A DNA stretch of 64,000 nucleotides from Paraspadella gotoi. Its lineage: Eukaryota > Animalia > Chaetognatha. Shown here in pieces: positions 1 to 11,726 of this stretch. The stretch lies in NCBI GenBank assembly GCA_051294375.1, contig CM119263.1:24223657-24287656 (forward strand), in the 5' to 3' direction. The position numbers and the translations under genes were made by a program. How positions within the stretch are numbered: position 1 is the stretch's first letter; every line of letters starts with the position of its first letter. Under the pieces are notes generated by a model that was given only the letters and a program-made list of their open reading frames with translations, did not search any database and was not told the DNA's origin.

Positions 1-932
1 CCCCCCACATTAGCCTTTTGTCTCCCCAAAAGGCGAGACACCGCCGCTGTGACCAGAACAGTGAAACAGAAACAAAAAGTCCAAACGAAAAAAATACGTC
101 TCCCGGCTCAGCCGCGAGCAGAGTGCTGCAGGCCGAGTCCCGACGCTGCATTCACTCTGTCCGAATTCTGCTGAGGCCGCGGGGCAAGGTCACTAGTCCC
201 AGAAAACGCCAAACGAAGCGCCCCATGAGACGTCCCTGGCAGTAAAACCGGAAGAAGGTTTGATCTCCGGACGGCTTCCCGGCGCCTGAGAATACGGCCG
301 AGATCGACGCCTGCGGGCGTAAGTTCCGAGACCGGCCATGGGGCACGAGTAGATCCTGGCGGAGCGTCGCCATTCGCCTCGTTTANNNNNNNNNNNNNNN
401 NNNNNNNNNNTGTTTTCAAAATTCAGATTTTTTAAAAACGGATTCGGGTAGAGCTTGAAAACATAAAAAATATTACTACAAGATTTCAAAATTTTTGTTT
501 TATTGGTTAAAATTATAAAAAACTATAAAAATTATAGTACGATGATGATGATGATGATGATTTTATGAGTTTTTCCATCATTTGACCCACTTATCATCGA
601 AATATTGAAAAACGCATTATACTTTGTGTATAAAGAATCCGTTCTTAAAAAAGAAATTTTTTTTAAAAAAATGTTTTCATTGCCTATGCATAAATATTTA
701 AATGCTTCAATGTGATACTATGCTTCACTAGATTAAAAAAAGTATATGGATGGACAAAACGAATTTTAGATAACAGAACTCTTCATGATAAAAAGTGATC
801 AATTTTAGCCCGCCTACTAACCACCCCTAATCCCTAACCAACCCTAATACCTAACCAACCTTACCCCAATTGCTAACCGTTTAAAAAGTATAATATAAAA
901 ATATTGTTTTTCCTTTCCTTTTTTATCTTTAT

Positions 933-1189
933 TTGTTTACGTACAAGGAGTTTTATTAAGAAACAAATTTCGGACATGTTTCGGCTTCAATGTAAACCTT
1001 CATCAGCGCAAAAACGAATTGGTTTGTGAAACAAATATTTTCACAAATATTGAAGTTTGAAGAAAAGGAGAGAGAAAGTGTGTAAAAATATTTGTTTCAC
1101 AAATCTGTTTTTGCACTGATGAAAGCTTACATTGAAGCTTAAACGTGTCCAAAATTTATGATTCTTTATAAAACTCGTATGTAAACAAT
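933..1189. repeat. Fold-back element (~115-bp imperfect inverted arms) with a hammerhead-like motif in each arm
   Basis: The left arm ttgtttac..ggacatgtttcggcttcaatgtaaaccttcatcagcgcaaaaac..tttgtgaaacaaatatttt is the imperfect reverse complement of the right arm aaaatatttgtttcacaaa..gcactgatgaaagcttacattgaagcttaaacgtgtcc..gtaaacaa. Confidence 0.85.
966..1014 (-). ncRNA. Minimal type-I hammerhead ribozyme motif (Penelope-like-element type)
   Basis: The minus strand reads ttttgcg CTGATGA a GGTTT acattg AAGCC GAAA CATG TC cgaaa. This gives an intact core, a 5-bp stem II, palindromic CATG in place of helix III, a GUC cleavage triplet and a short stem I. Confidence 0.75.
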
Positions 1190-1470
1190 TCATTTTCTAC
1201 CTCAAACATAAAAATAGCAATTAAAATGAATTAAAAAAATTATTATTTATTATAAAATTATGAAATTTATATTGTTATTTATATTATATACTGAACAAAA
1301 AAATGTATATTATTGCGCAAACTGAGGCTCGACGCTAGAGGGAAAACAAAATTAAATGGATTATCAAAGCACCGACCGGTGGTAGCTTAAGATGGTTGCG
1401 GACGTCGAATAGTAAAGTTACCCACTTATTCTTTCCTTAACTTCCACGAAGGTAAGAGGCAAAACCTTAC

Positions 1471-2772
1471 CTGAGAGAAGGCGATCGGCTTAACAAAGTT
1501 GATCCATGTCACCGACTCGTGACACGGGGGCGTGGTGAGCGATCCAAAATAAGTGAAGAATTCTGGTGCCGCGCCAGGAATTAACGACGCAGGATTTACA
1601 CCTCCGATTGAGGTCAAATCCATCCAACTTCCTCTGAGACATGACGTAAGTCAAGGTTAGTATAGTATTGAATAGCATTTGGCCAAGTTGTTGCGAATCC
1701 GAAATTCGCCTCCTGGATAGCAGTCAAACCCATTTGGGACGAACTAAGTATTCGTTTACCAACCGTGAGTTACGTGTTCGATTCTCTCAGGATCAGGCTC
1801 GTTAAAGTGTGATGGTACCGGTATAAACACGCCATTGCAGGTCCAAAAACCTGAGCGTAACCTGTCGAGAGATTTTCTCACACCCTGGGCATCACAGACA
1901 CCCTCCCCGTTCCCACAAAGCTTTAATTGTCACTTCATTCTCAGCATCTCTTCGCTCACTTGAGCTTGCATCCCTCGAGCAAAATGTCGAAAAGCGGTTT
2001 TAGCCCCTTATGCTCAGCGCCGACGTTTATGAAGGCCCCCAACACGCAGAGACCGTCCGGCTTGTCGAAGGCCTCTCCGATGCTTCCGTAAGCCTCATTA
2101 AAGTGAACGAGGTGAACCTCGGCCGGGAAGGCGCGACCCTCGAGGGTGTGCTCCGACCCGTGCCTGTTGTCGTCGCCCCAATGAAAGTGAAATTGTTCGA
2201 GACGGAATCGACCCCGTAAGGGTCCTCCTAAATCATGAGTAGATGATTAAAGGCCTCGGCCACACACGCACCACCAAAAACCACTGATACTGCCCCCGAT
2301 CTCACCACTAAGCAACGATCTGGCGCCATCGATTTCAACCCTCAGCTGGCGTCCATCGTTCACGGCTTGCTTCGAATCTTTGGGGACATATTTCCACGAT
2401 AACTTGGCTTCCTCAAGGGCTCTGTACCATGGAACTTTTATAGGTCAGAATCCACTCACGTCGCCGGAAATTAATTAGCAACAGAATAATCACAGTGAAA
2501 ACCCACGGGTCTTCGACTGACGAAGAGTAGCCGAGGTCGATAGGCGACTGGCAATCTCCTAGAGCGCAGGGAAAATGTTTGGGCCACAAGACCGGTCCGT
2601 TGTTGTTGTTGTTATAGCCCCAATTTTCGAGAGTCAAAGGTTCGTTGAGCTGCGCCGCCTTTCCGTGCAAGGCGTTCGAGACGTAGCGAGACACGGAGTT
2701 GAGGACACCGGCAAGGAAACCCGTGTGCAGCATCGTCGACCCTCCTAATTTAGCGACTCGAGCGGAATGCAT
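1471..2772 (-). CDS. Alpha-carbonic anhydrase (multi-exon; 3' end not resolved)
   Basis: Exons encode WGY..GPVLWPKHFPCALGDCQSPIDL, QFHFHWGDDNRHGSEHTLEGRAFPAEVHLVH (all three Zn-ligand His present) and YFGSLTTPPCHESVTW. GT-AG introns keep the frame. Confidence 0.92.
1661..1937 (+). mobile_element. Solo-LTR-like insert with degenerate tRNA-like head and twister-like motif
   Basis: It starts TATAG and ends GTCACTTCA, resembling the termini of the 47.4 kb LTR (TATGG...GTCTCTTCA). A B-box-like GTTCGATTC lies upstream of the twister motif. There is no clean TSD. Confidence 0.55.
1797..1856 (+). ncRNA. Type-P5 twister-like ribozyme motif (T2 loop bases mutated)
   Basis: The sequence parses as GTGT(P2') GA TGG(T1) TACCGGTA(palindrome) TAA ACAC(P2) GC cattg CAGG TCCAAAAA CCTG(P4). 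P2 and T1 pair perfectly, but L4 ends in AA instead of GC. Confidence 0.7.
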
Positions 2773-3543
2773 GGGACGGAGAAATAAATGCGAATTAAAA
2801 ATACTCAGTTGGTAATAGTTTTATTTTGGATTAGTTTTTATTTTAATTTTCCTGGGAAGGGGATGAAGTATTCGTATAATATCATCGCTCGCAAATTTAG
2901 AATAACTTGATTTCGTTTTAAAACTAATAGCTGCAAAATTATTGTATGCAGACGGACCGATTAAAAACAATTTAATAATAATAATGCCGGATGAGAGAGT
3001 TGAAAACAATAGCATATAAATATCATATACGCGTGATGAAAATCGAACAAATGAAATACAGATAGTAAAAAGTGTGATGGTTCAGGAACATTTTCGACAA
3101 CGACGTTAATTAACGCTCTGATTTTATTTTAATCAACGGCACAACAAACGAACAAACACTATATACATGATTGGTACGACCTCAAAAAGAATTTAAATAG
3201 GAATGAGTTTTAATTTATGAGGAATAAGAGTTCGAGGAAAAAGAGAGGAACCGGGACGTTACGAGTTCCAGACGAAAACGGATGAGATTCAATGACATTT
3301 ATTACTACCACTTCACTGGAGTTCCCACGAACCTCGTCAAAAACCAGAACGTCATTATAACAACACGAGTCAATTTATTTCCTTATTAAGCAAGTTAAAA
3401 ATGTCGGGATAAAACATCGTCAACCAAGCTAAAAATTCTACGCTATTTAAAATTGAAAATAAAAAGAATTTATCTTCATTGATGATAATAAATGACAAAC
3501 GTCTACGGGGAAGGAGGCCGGGTCCCGCGACCCGCTTTCGAAA

Positions 3544-6500
3544 TCAAGCTCTCGATTCGCCGTCCGGCGGTTGCACGTATTTCCTTTTCTTCTTCGGCCT
3601 GGTTCCCTTTGCAGGATCGATCGGCGATTCTGAATCGCGGACGAATGAGTGGAGCCAGTAGTCGGGCAGCAGCTTTTGCACGAGACCGTCGAAAAGCTCC
3701 TCGAGCTTCTTGCCCGCCTCCCCGACCTCCGACGAAGGTTTGTTGAATTTCGCGCAGTTGGTGAAGATGAGGCCGACCTCGTGAAGGAAGTCCTCGATCG
3801 TATCGTAAGCGCCTGGGTTAGGGTAGCGGAGCGAGAGATTAATTTTTGATGCTCATTTATAATCATTATTATAAAATTCACAATCGTTTCCCAATTTATT
3901 TCGTGTTAACAAATTACCTTGCAGCTTAGCCTCCGTTAAATAAAGTCTCTTTCTGATCTTTGAGAAGTCCATGGGCTCTCGAATGACGTAATAGTAATTG
4001 GGAACCGAGGGAGGAACTGGTTCGTGAAAAGCTTGACTCTCTTCCACGGACATCAAACGAAGGCATAAATATTGACAAATCTAAGGGGGAAAAATTAAAC
4101 GGAAAATTGACCAAAAAAAAAATCAAAAACTTAAAAAGCAAACTAATCTCAGACAGATAACTGACTTGAAGCTCTTGGGGAAGAAGTCCCGAGGCGGAAT
4201 CACCCTCGCTCTGTATTTTGGTTCCAGTCGTAGGACGTAAAGTTCCTAAATCGAAAAAATGTTTTTAAGTTTTCGCTTTTCTCTTTGAAAGAGATATTGA
4301 CTTCAACCAAAGACTCACCTTCGATCGGTTTCGGAGTCTGGCACAGTCGGCATCTCCAAGCTTCCGATTCGCTCGGCAACCCGTTGAGAGACGGAATGTG
4401 ACAATTAATATGAAAAACCTTATAAAAAGCGGGAAGATATGATAAAATAAGGATAATGGGGAAAACAGGAGGCTCGTTCTTTTTTCTCTTATACCTTGGG
4501 ACAAAACTCGCAACAGAGCAGGTCGCCGCCATTTTGGCAAACGGCGCAATAATCCTCATTGGGGTCGGTGTTGCTTCGCTGAGAACCTTGGGACGACGAA
4601 TATTCCTGAGAATAATCGGCAAGGTTCGCGGTGAAGTTTATCGACGACCCCTGTAAGAACAGAATATACATTATACAGCTGTGAATGTATGAACACTTGC
4701 CGGCAGAAACGGTAATAACAAAAGATGAACAAGTAAATGGGGGGAAAAAGGGGACATATCTCTACAGTGAATTCTACTTTTTAATTCTATTTCATCCACG
4801 TTCTATACCTTTCGAGCGTGTCCTGAATCCGCGGTTCCAGCGTTGGGTGTGACCGGAACTCTTGTTTGAACCCTGTCCTCCCGATTTTCCAAGTTACTGT
4901 TTCAATGAGAAGCTAGAATGGAATAAGCGCGGCGAAAATGCTATAAGCTATGAAGCGAGGACAGTCGGAGAAAAAAGGGAGAAGCGGCAACTAATCTAAT
5001 CGTACCTTTGGGCGTGGCCCTGGCCCGAGCCCGAGCCCGAGGCGACGAGAGGGGGTGGCGAAGTGAGCGGCGTGTGAGAGGACGATTGTCCGAAGCCTGA
5101 ATCGTCCGAGGCTACGGAAGGAAGTTGGAAAGTGAAAGGGAATTGGTTGTCAAACATAAATGAATGAGAAAAACCGAAATGAAAAGGTCGTCTCACCGGT
5201 GGAACTGCTGGGATTCGGGTGAGGGTTGCTCTCCGACTCAAAACTGGAGTTGAGCCGATTCTCGGGGGCGGGTTCGTATCCTCCGTCTCGAGGTTCCTAA
5301 ATTAAGGAAAAAGTAACAGCGAAATTAAAGATTACTAAAAGAATTCGATCCACCGCAAAAACTGACCTGCTTAACGTAACGCACGAAAGGGGTCCCTTCC
5401 GTGTGGCTTTGACTCTGCGGGCGCATGGTGATTCCGCTGAGGTTAGGCCCCGTTGACGCTGGCGGGGGCGCGGGAGCGGGTACGGGCGTCGCGTTTGGAG
5501 TTGAACGCGGCGTAGATTCGCGCCGTTCCTCGGAAGGGGCGGGACGGGGTTCCTCCTTGACTTTGACCGCGGTGTAGGGAGCCGGATCGGTAACCCAGGA
5601 GGGATGTTGTGGGGGAGGGGGTGTCATGGCTGAAGGAGAGAAAGAATTAAAACGACCCTGCGAAAAGCGTAAAATAAAACTGAACAAACGCTCACCTGCC
5701 GAAGAAGCTGGAGGAAAGGTCTTTTGCGTTGGAGAAAACATTCCGTTAAGTTTCTGTTGCTGATGCTGTAGCTGCTGGGAAGGGTGTTGCAAAAAGGTAG
5801 TGGCGTCCCACGAAGGCGGCGCGTGGGAGGCTTGAACTGGGGACTGAAAACGATTGTTCATCGCCTGGTTCTGATTTGGGTGCAACGGATGCTTCGCCAA
5901 CTAAAAAGGGTGAAAAATATTAAAGTAAGGAGATTATAATATAGTATATGTATGTACGACGTATGTTTATTATATATAAAAGAACCTGCTGGAGCTCGTT
6001 AAATATCTCGTTTCCCGGAGATCCTTTGTTCAAATGATTGGTAGAGACCCCAGTAGTTGGTGGAAAACCTCCGCCTCCGATCAGATTCCCCGGCGGAACC
6101 AGACCGGGCATTCGATGGAGCCCGGGCGGTCCGGCGCCCGGAAATGGCGCCCCGGCGTGATGCAACGAATGCGGGAAACCTTAAAAGAAATAAATAAGAA
6201 GTCCTAGCTGTGCTAAATTGGCCACTCCTAATTCGATTTCTTCCATACCTGGATTGGAAACGTTGGGGAGATTCGGCGGTCTGTTTGCCGGATTAAGTGG
6301 GTTAAGTCTGTTGACGTGGTTGGGACTCGGAATGTTGTTGTGGGGATGAGGATGAGGCTGAGGGTTTGCGTGAGGTCCCCTCCACTTAGCGACTGAGATT
6401 CAAGGAAAATACTCATTGTTAATAAACTGGTTATTATTTAATAAATTTTCTTGGCTTCGGATTTTTAATTTTTATATAAAATTTACTTAAAGACGGATGA

Positions 6501-9500
6501 TTAGGCGGAAGATGCGGATTTTGGGAAAGTTGCTGGCGTAGCACGCTCATTTGCGCTTGTTGGTGATGTTGTTGTTGCTGTTGTTGTTGTTGAATTAACT
6601 GTTGTCTTTTTTGTTCCTGTTGTCGAAACTGAAGTTGCTGAATTTCCTAAAAATAATCGACATCAGTATAAATATCTCTAAATAGTTATTTGAAGGTTGC
6701 TAGAACTTGAATCTATTAAAATCAAGAGTTACCTGTTGTTGTTTCAATGCCAGCAAAGGATTTGGAGTGGGTTTGAGTTGAGGAACCATCGGCGAAGGGG
6801 CTAAAGGAAAATGTATAACTTAAATTAAATTTAAAATAAAACATGTAATTAGGAGAGAAAAACAATTTATTTGTTTTTATCAACGAATTGTATTATGTAA
6901 TTATGTAATTACTAATTAATTTTTCCAACTCCAAAGGCTGAATGTAATGAATCCTTACCTTCTTTTTTTATGTGGGGAAACTGCATGCCCGGTCCTTGTG
7001 ACGGGTTTACGTTAGCTACGCGAGTATTTTGAGGTAAGGAATTTGGATGATGGGGTTGTTGCTGTTGTTGATGGTGTTGTTTTTGTAATAGTTGTTGCAT
7101 CATTAATGAGGCCGAGTCATGCTGAAAAAATTAACGTTTCATTTTTGAAAAAACAAATGGAATCGAGTAATTGAAAATGTAATTATCAATTTTACCTGAC
7201 TGGTGGGATGATTAGAGGAAGAATTTCCAACGTGGTTACTATTAGCAAGAAGCTGTTCTGCGTGTAATCGCCCGTCCACAATTCTAGACTGTTGATTAAT
7301 CGCCGAGGAAGCCGCGTGATTCTGCATCTGTTGCTGCTGATGCTGCTGTTGTTGTTGCAATTGCTGTTGTTGTTGTACTTTTTGCTGGTTATGCTGTTGC
7401 ACGACTTCGATCATCCATCGTTTTATGTCGTCGGCCGTTGCTTCAGGGGTAACCTATACGTACAATAAGCATTCACGTAAAAATATGTACCATAAACAAA
7501 ACAATAAATTAAGTAGATTTGCATAAATCGTTATTTAAATTGTACAAAAATTTATTTATTGCATTAACTGTAACCTTTTGGAGTTCCTCGGCCATCGCTC
7601 GCATCTGCGCTCTCTTCTCTTCAGCAGGCATCCCGCTTAACGATTTAAGTCGCATCTTGACAGAGTTAACAAGATCAGAACCTAAAAATGGCAAAAAATT
7701 TAACAATGTTAACGACTAGTATTAGATAAAAAATATTATTATATAATAAAAATGAAACAGACCTGACAATGCCGCTTTGGCGAACGGCGAAATGGTAGAT
7801 TGTGCGACGGAAGTGGAAGGAGTCGTTTTGCTTGGCGTGGAGGGCGTCGATTCTCTATTATGCGTAGGAGCAGCAGCAGCGGAGACCACAGGCTCGGCTG
7901 CTGGCGCGGCTGCTGGCGCGTTCGATGGCGCGGCCACAGGCGCGGTGGTGGTAACGACAGAGTTTGCGGCGCCATTTTTGTCGGCCACCTGGATTATGGA
8001 AGACGGCGCCGGAGCGACCGACGTTACTTCGCGGTTCGGCGGCGCCGGATAATAAAGGCCGTCGACGAGCAACTGCCCGGCGCCGGATAAATGCTTCTTC
8101 AATAAATCTGAAAATTTAAATGAAAATTTAGTTCAAAGATGTGATCGACAATTCGACATTGGCGGATGATAAATAGATATGTACTTACCTTTGTCGTAAG
8201 CGAATTTAATGTTGACGACGTGATTGGGGTTCGGGACTTCGCATCTCGTCTTGAGCACGCCGTTGAGCTTGTCGACGATGAGTTTTTTGGATGTGAGCAG
8301 CGCCGTGTTGCTGCCCGACGCCAGGGCCGTCTCCACGAAATGGAGGCAGTGATCCAAAACGCCGCAGAGCGCGACAATTTCCCCGTTCTTCTCTTCCAAC
8401 TGCGACTTTTTGGCGCCGCACACCGCCGTCAAGTCCGTGAGGATGCGCTTGCCCCGCTCGTTAATCTCTTTGATAAGCATGACTGAAAGAAAAAAAAAAT
8501 ATATACATAAAACAGGGATTCTTTTCTGATCATAATATTTGTTACGTCTTCCTTCTTACTTGCAAACTGCTTGATATCCGTCGAAACGTTTTGCTCGACC
8601 TTTTCTATCTCGTTGTATCTCCTTTTAATCAAATCCTTGGCGCTGTCGATGTAAGCTCGTTTCTCTCTGATCTTTGAAAGGAGACCTAGGAAAGGAAGAA
8701 TAGAGGGGTGACATGATGGCTCATTGAGTCATTGACGCTATTCAACACGAAACTATAGTCGAAATCCACCTTCAAGATATTGGCGATGGCTCTGCGAGGC
8801 TTCCGCGATGAATTTGTACGAATGGTCTTTGTGGTCTATCAGTTGGCAATCACGGCAAGTCGGGCAGTCGCAAGTTTCGCAAAATAGTTGAAGTACTTCG
8901 TCCTTGTGAATCTGTTAAGAAAGGGGCGTACGAAATTAAAGATAATAAAACCAAAAAAAAAAAAAACCACGAATCAAATTTCAATACACTAACTTTGCAA
9001 AAGACGCTCCTGGTGCCGGCGTCTTTGACGTCGCCGTCGGAGGCGTCTCGCTTGTCGACCTCGCCGTCGACGCTTCGCTCTCTGGCGAGGAATTCCTCGG
9101 CGGCCGGAAGCGGAAGCAGCTCGTGCTCTTTCGTCATTTTGACGCGTTTGTGAGCTTTTTCGCAACATTCGCACAACCACTCTCGACACTCGCTGAGAAC
9201 GAATGCGAAAAATTATGCCATTAATAATGATTCGAGGAATGATGTCATGAGGGATGGTAGTCAAATAGTCAACCTGCAAAAGACAGTTGCGGCTTGCTCG
9301 TCCTCCTCGTCACAGTTAGTGCAAAATCGTGGTTTTCGATCTTCGACTTTTTGGTCATGAACCGCGATTCCGTCGTCGTCGTTCTTCTCTTCGTTTTCTT
9401 CGTCCTGAAGCCTCGAATCGTCGCAAGATTTGAAGGCTGAAGCACGAAATTGGAGATGAAGCAATCATTCTCATGAAACTACGATTTCAGTGACCACTGA

Positions 9501-11053
9501 AAAAATTTCTTACCTTTTAGGTGATCAAGAAAATCAAGAAAGAAGTGATTGTCTGTCAAGTCTTCCACTTTGCAAGTTTGCTTGCAAATTGTGCAAAAAA
9601 TCATCGGAGAAACTTTTTTCGGAAGCACGTCCCCGGAACCGCTCATGGCAATAACCTACGGGCATCAATACCAAATTAAAAATTATAATAAAATTTTAAG
9701 AAATAGCAAAACGCTAATGACAAGAAAAAAACCTCACCTCATCGTCGGCTTCTTTCGTAGCGAGATCGGCTTTCAGCTTGACGGCCTCGACGCAGCCCTT
9801 GCAGACGGCATGTAGGCAGAGCATTAGCTTGTGGTCTTCGGGTTTTAACTCAGTTTTGCACAATGCGCAAACGGTCAAAGAGTCGGGTTTTAGCTTAGAT
9901 ATTTGCAGGAGAGGGCTCTGAAATGTAGAATGGAGTAAAATGTTAAGACTAGTCTAAACAGTAACGAAGAACCTAATTTAGTACTTACCTTCTCTTTGGT
10001 AAGTGAATCGTCAAAGCTTCCGACGCTGCCATTTTCGTCCCGTTCCTCCTCCTCGTTATCCATTTCATTGTCATTCACGTCTTCATCCGCTTCCTCCGCT
10101 CCTCCCTCATCAACGGGTGTTTTTCTCGAACCTTCCTCCGAACTTTTCTGCGCCACCCCAATGGCCGACGGGAGTTTGTTGGTATCGGCGACGTCGTCCG
10201 CGACATCGTCGTCACCAGCGTCCAAACCCAGGTCGCCTTCCAGCATGTTCGCCTTAATAATCTCGAAGGTCATCTCGCCGGCTTCCAAGGCGTCCATGTC
10301 GACGTCACCCAACGCTTCCAAGGCTTGAAGAGCGTCTTCGGGCATGTCGTGATCCTCGATTTCCCCAGTGCTGGGAAGTTTTGATAGTTTTTCGAGTTCC
10401 TCGTCTTTGGCTTGATTTTCTTCCTCCTCTATGTCTTCCATTTCCTCGTCCGCGTCTCCTTCCTTTTCTTCCGTCGCTTCTTCCTCTTCCTCGCCGTTAC
10501 GCTCGCCTGGCTCCTCCGCCTCTGCTTGGTCATTCAATCTCTCCTCGACGGCATTGTCTTCTGAGGAGGTGTTCACCGCCGCAGCAGCGTTTTCAGTATC
10601 TTCTTCGCCCCCGTGATCGAGATGAGATTTCTCCTCGACGTCGTTCGAAGCTTCTTCGATTACGGGATTGACCGAAGCCTCGACGGCCTCGCTCGATTCC
10701 CTATTAGCCTCCTCCTCTTCATCCTCCCTGTCCTCCTCATCGATAACGTCGCGAATGTTCTGCAACAAGCTGCGAAAATCGTCACCGTTGACACTGCGAT
10801 CCTCTTCTTCCGGGGAGGATTGTGCCTCGGCGGGGCCCGAGCCTTCGGGAGTGGCGGCGGCAGCTTCTTCCGAGGCTTCCTCGACATCTTCGTCACGAAA
10901 CGGAGGTGGCTCGACGTTAAGCTTTTTGCTTTTGCCGACCGTAAGTTTAGATTTTTTTCTCTTTCGTCCTCGCCTCGCCGCTCTCTCCGCCCGACCTGGA
11001 GCTTCGATGGCTTCGTCGGCGTCGTTGGGTTTCACCTCCCCATTTTTGGCCAT
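3544..11053 (-). CDS. TRIM33: TIF1/TRIM33-like (bonus-like) RING-Bbox-coiled-coil-PHD-bromodomain protein
   Basis: Exons encode RING (CALCKTE..LCLHAVCKGC), two B-boxes, a coiled coil (LIKEINERGKRILTDLTAVC), a Q-rich region, PHD ([27 protein letters not shown]) and a bromodomain (FHEPVPPSVPNYYYVIREPMDFSKIRKRL..FTNCAKFN). Confidence 0.9.
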
Positions 11054-11726
11054 CTTTTATCGATGGAGACGCAAACGCTACGTCATTGTCAATAAAGGGC
11101 GCTAATAACAAGTAAAACGTAAGTCAACGCAATTTGGCGGATTGGCACGAATGAATATTAAGGGATACAAATTTTTTTTGACATGCAATATGATGTCGGG
11201 GCTACTAGTGAAAAAAGGGAGAAAGAGAGTTGCCTTCCAGAGGATGTTTCTCGAATACTGTGAAAAAGATGTGGCGGTTAAAAACAAAATCACGAACGCA
11301 AAATGTATAAAATATATCTAAGCTGAAGGGTTGATTTGAAACATTTAACAACTGGATACATGACAAAGGTCTAAGTGGTAAAAATTAAACTTACGAACCA
11401 ATTCCATTTGAACAAAAAAGCTCATCTTAGACGAAAGACAATCACAGAAACATGTACTTCAATTGCATATGACTAGAGTATTATTAATATGAATTAAACA
11501 AAAAACAAAGGATATGGCAATTAATACCCCAAAGATCACGTTCCAGTAGTTTAGTACCAAAATGAAACCCATTCGCTTTAAAAGTTATGGAATACAAATT
11601 TATTGCGATTTTTAAAAAAATACATGCATCATGAGTTTTTGAACGAAATTTGACTGGCTAACGTTTTTTTTTAAAGTAGTCATGGTGCATGTGCGCGCAA
11701 AAAAGTGCGCTAGTGATCTTCGGGGA

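Noticed and set aside
152-385. Minus-strand ORF MATLRQDLLVPHGRSRNLRPQ as the terminal carbonic anhydrase exon
   Set aside because: It loosely resembles the CA C-terminal ..LR..NxRP motif, but its acceptor would fall at an N gap and the match is weak. Left uncalled.
814-878. CCTAA-rich tract resembling telomeric repeat
   Set aside because: It is short, irregular and internal, and more likely a transposon-associated microsatellite.
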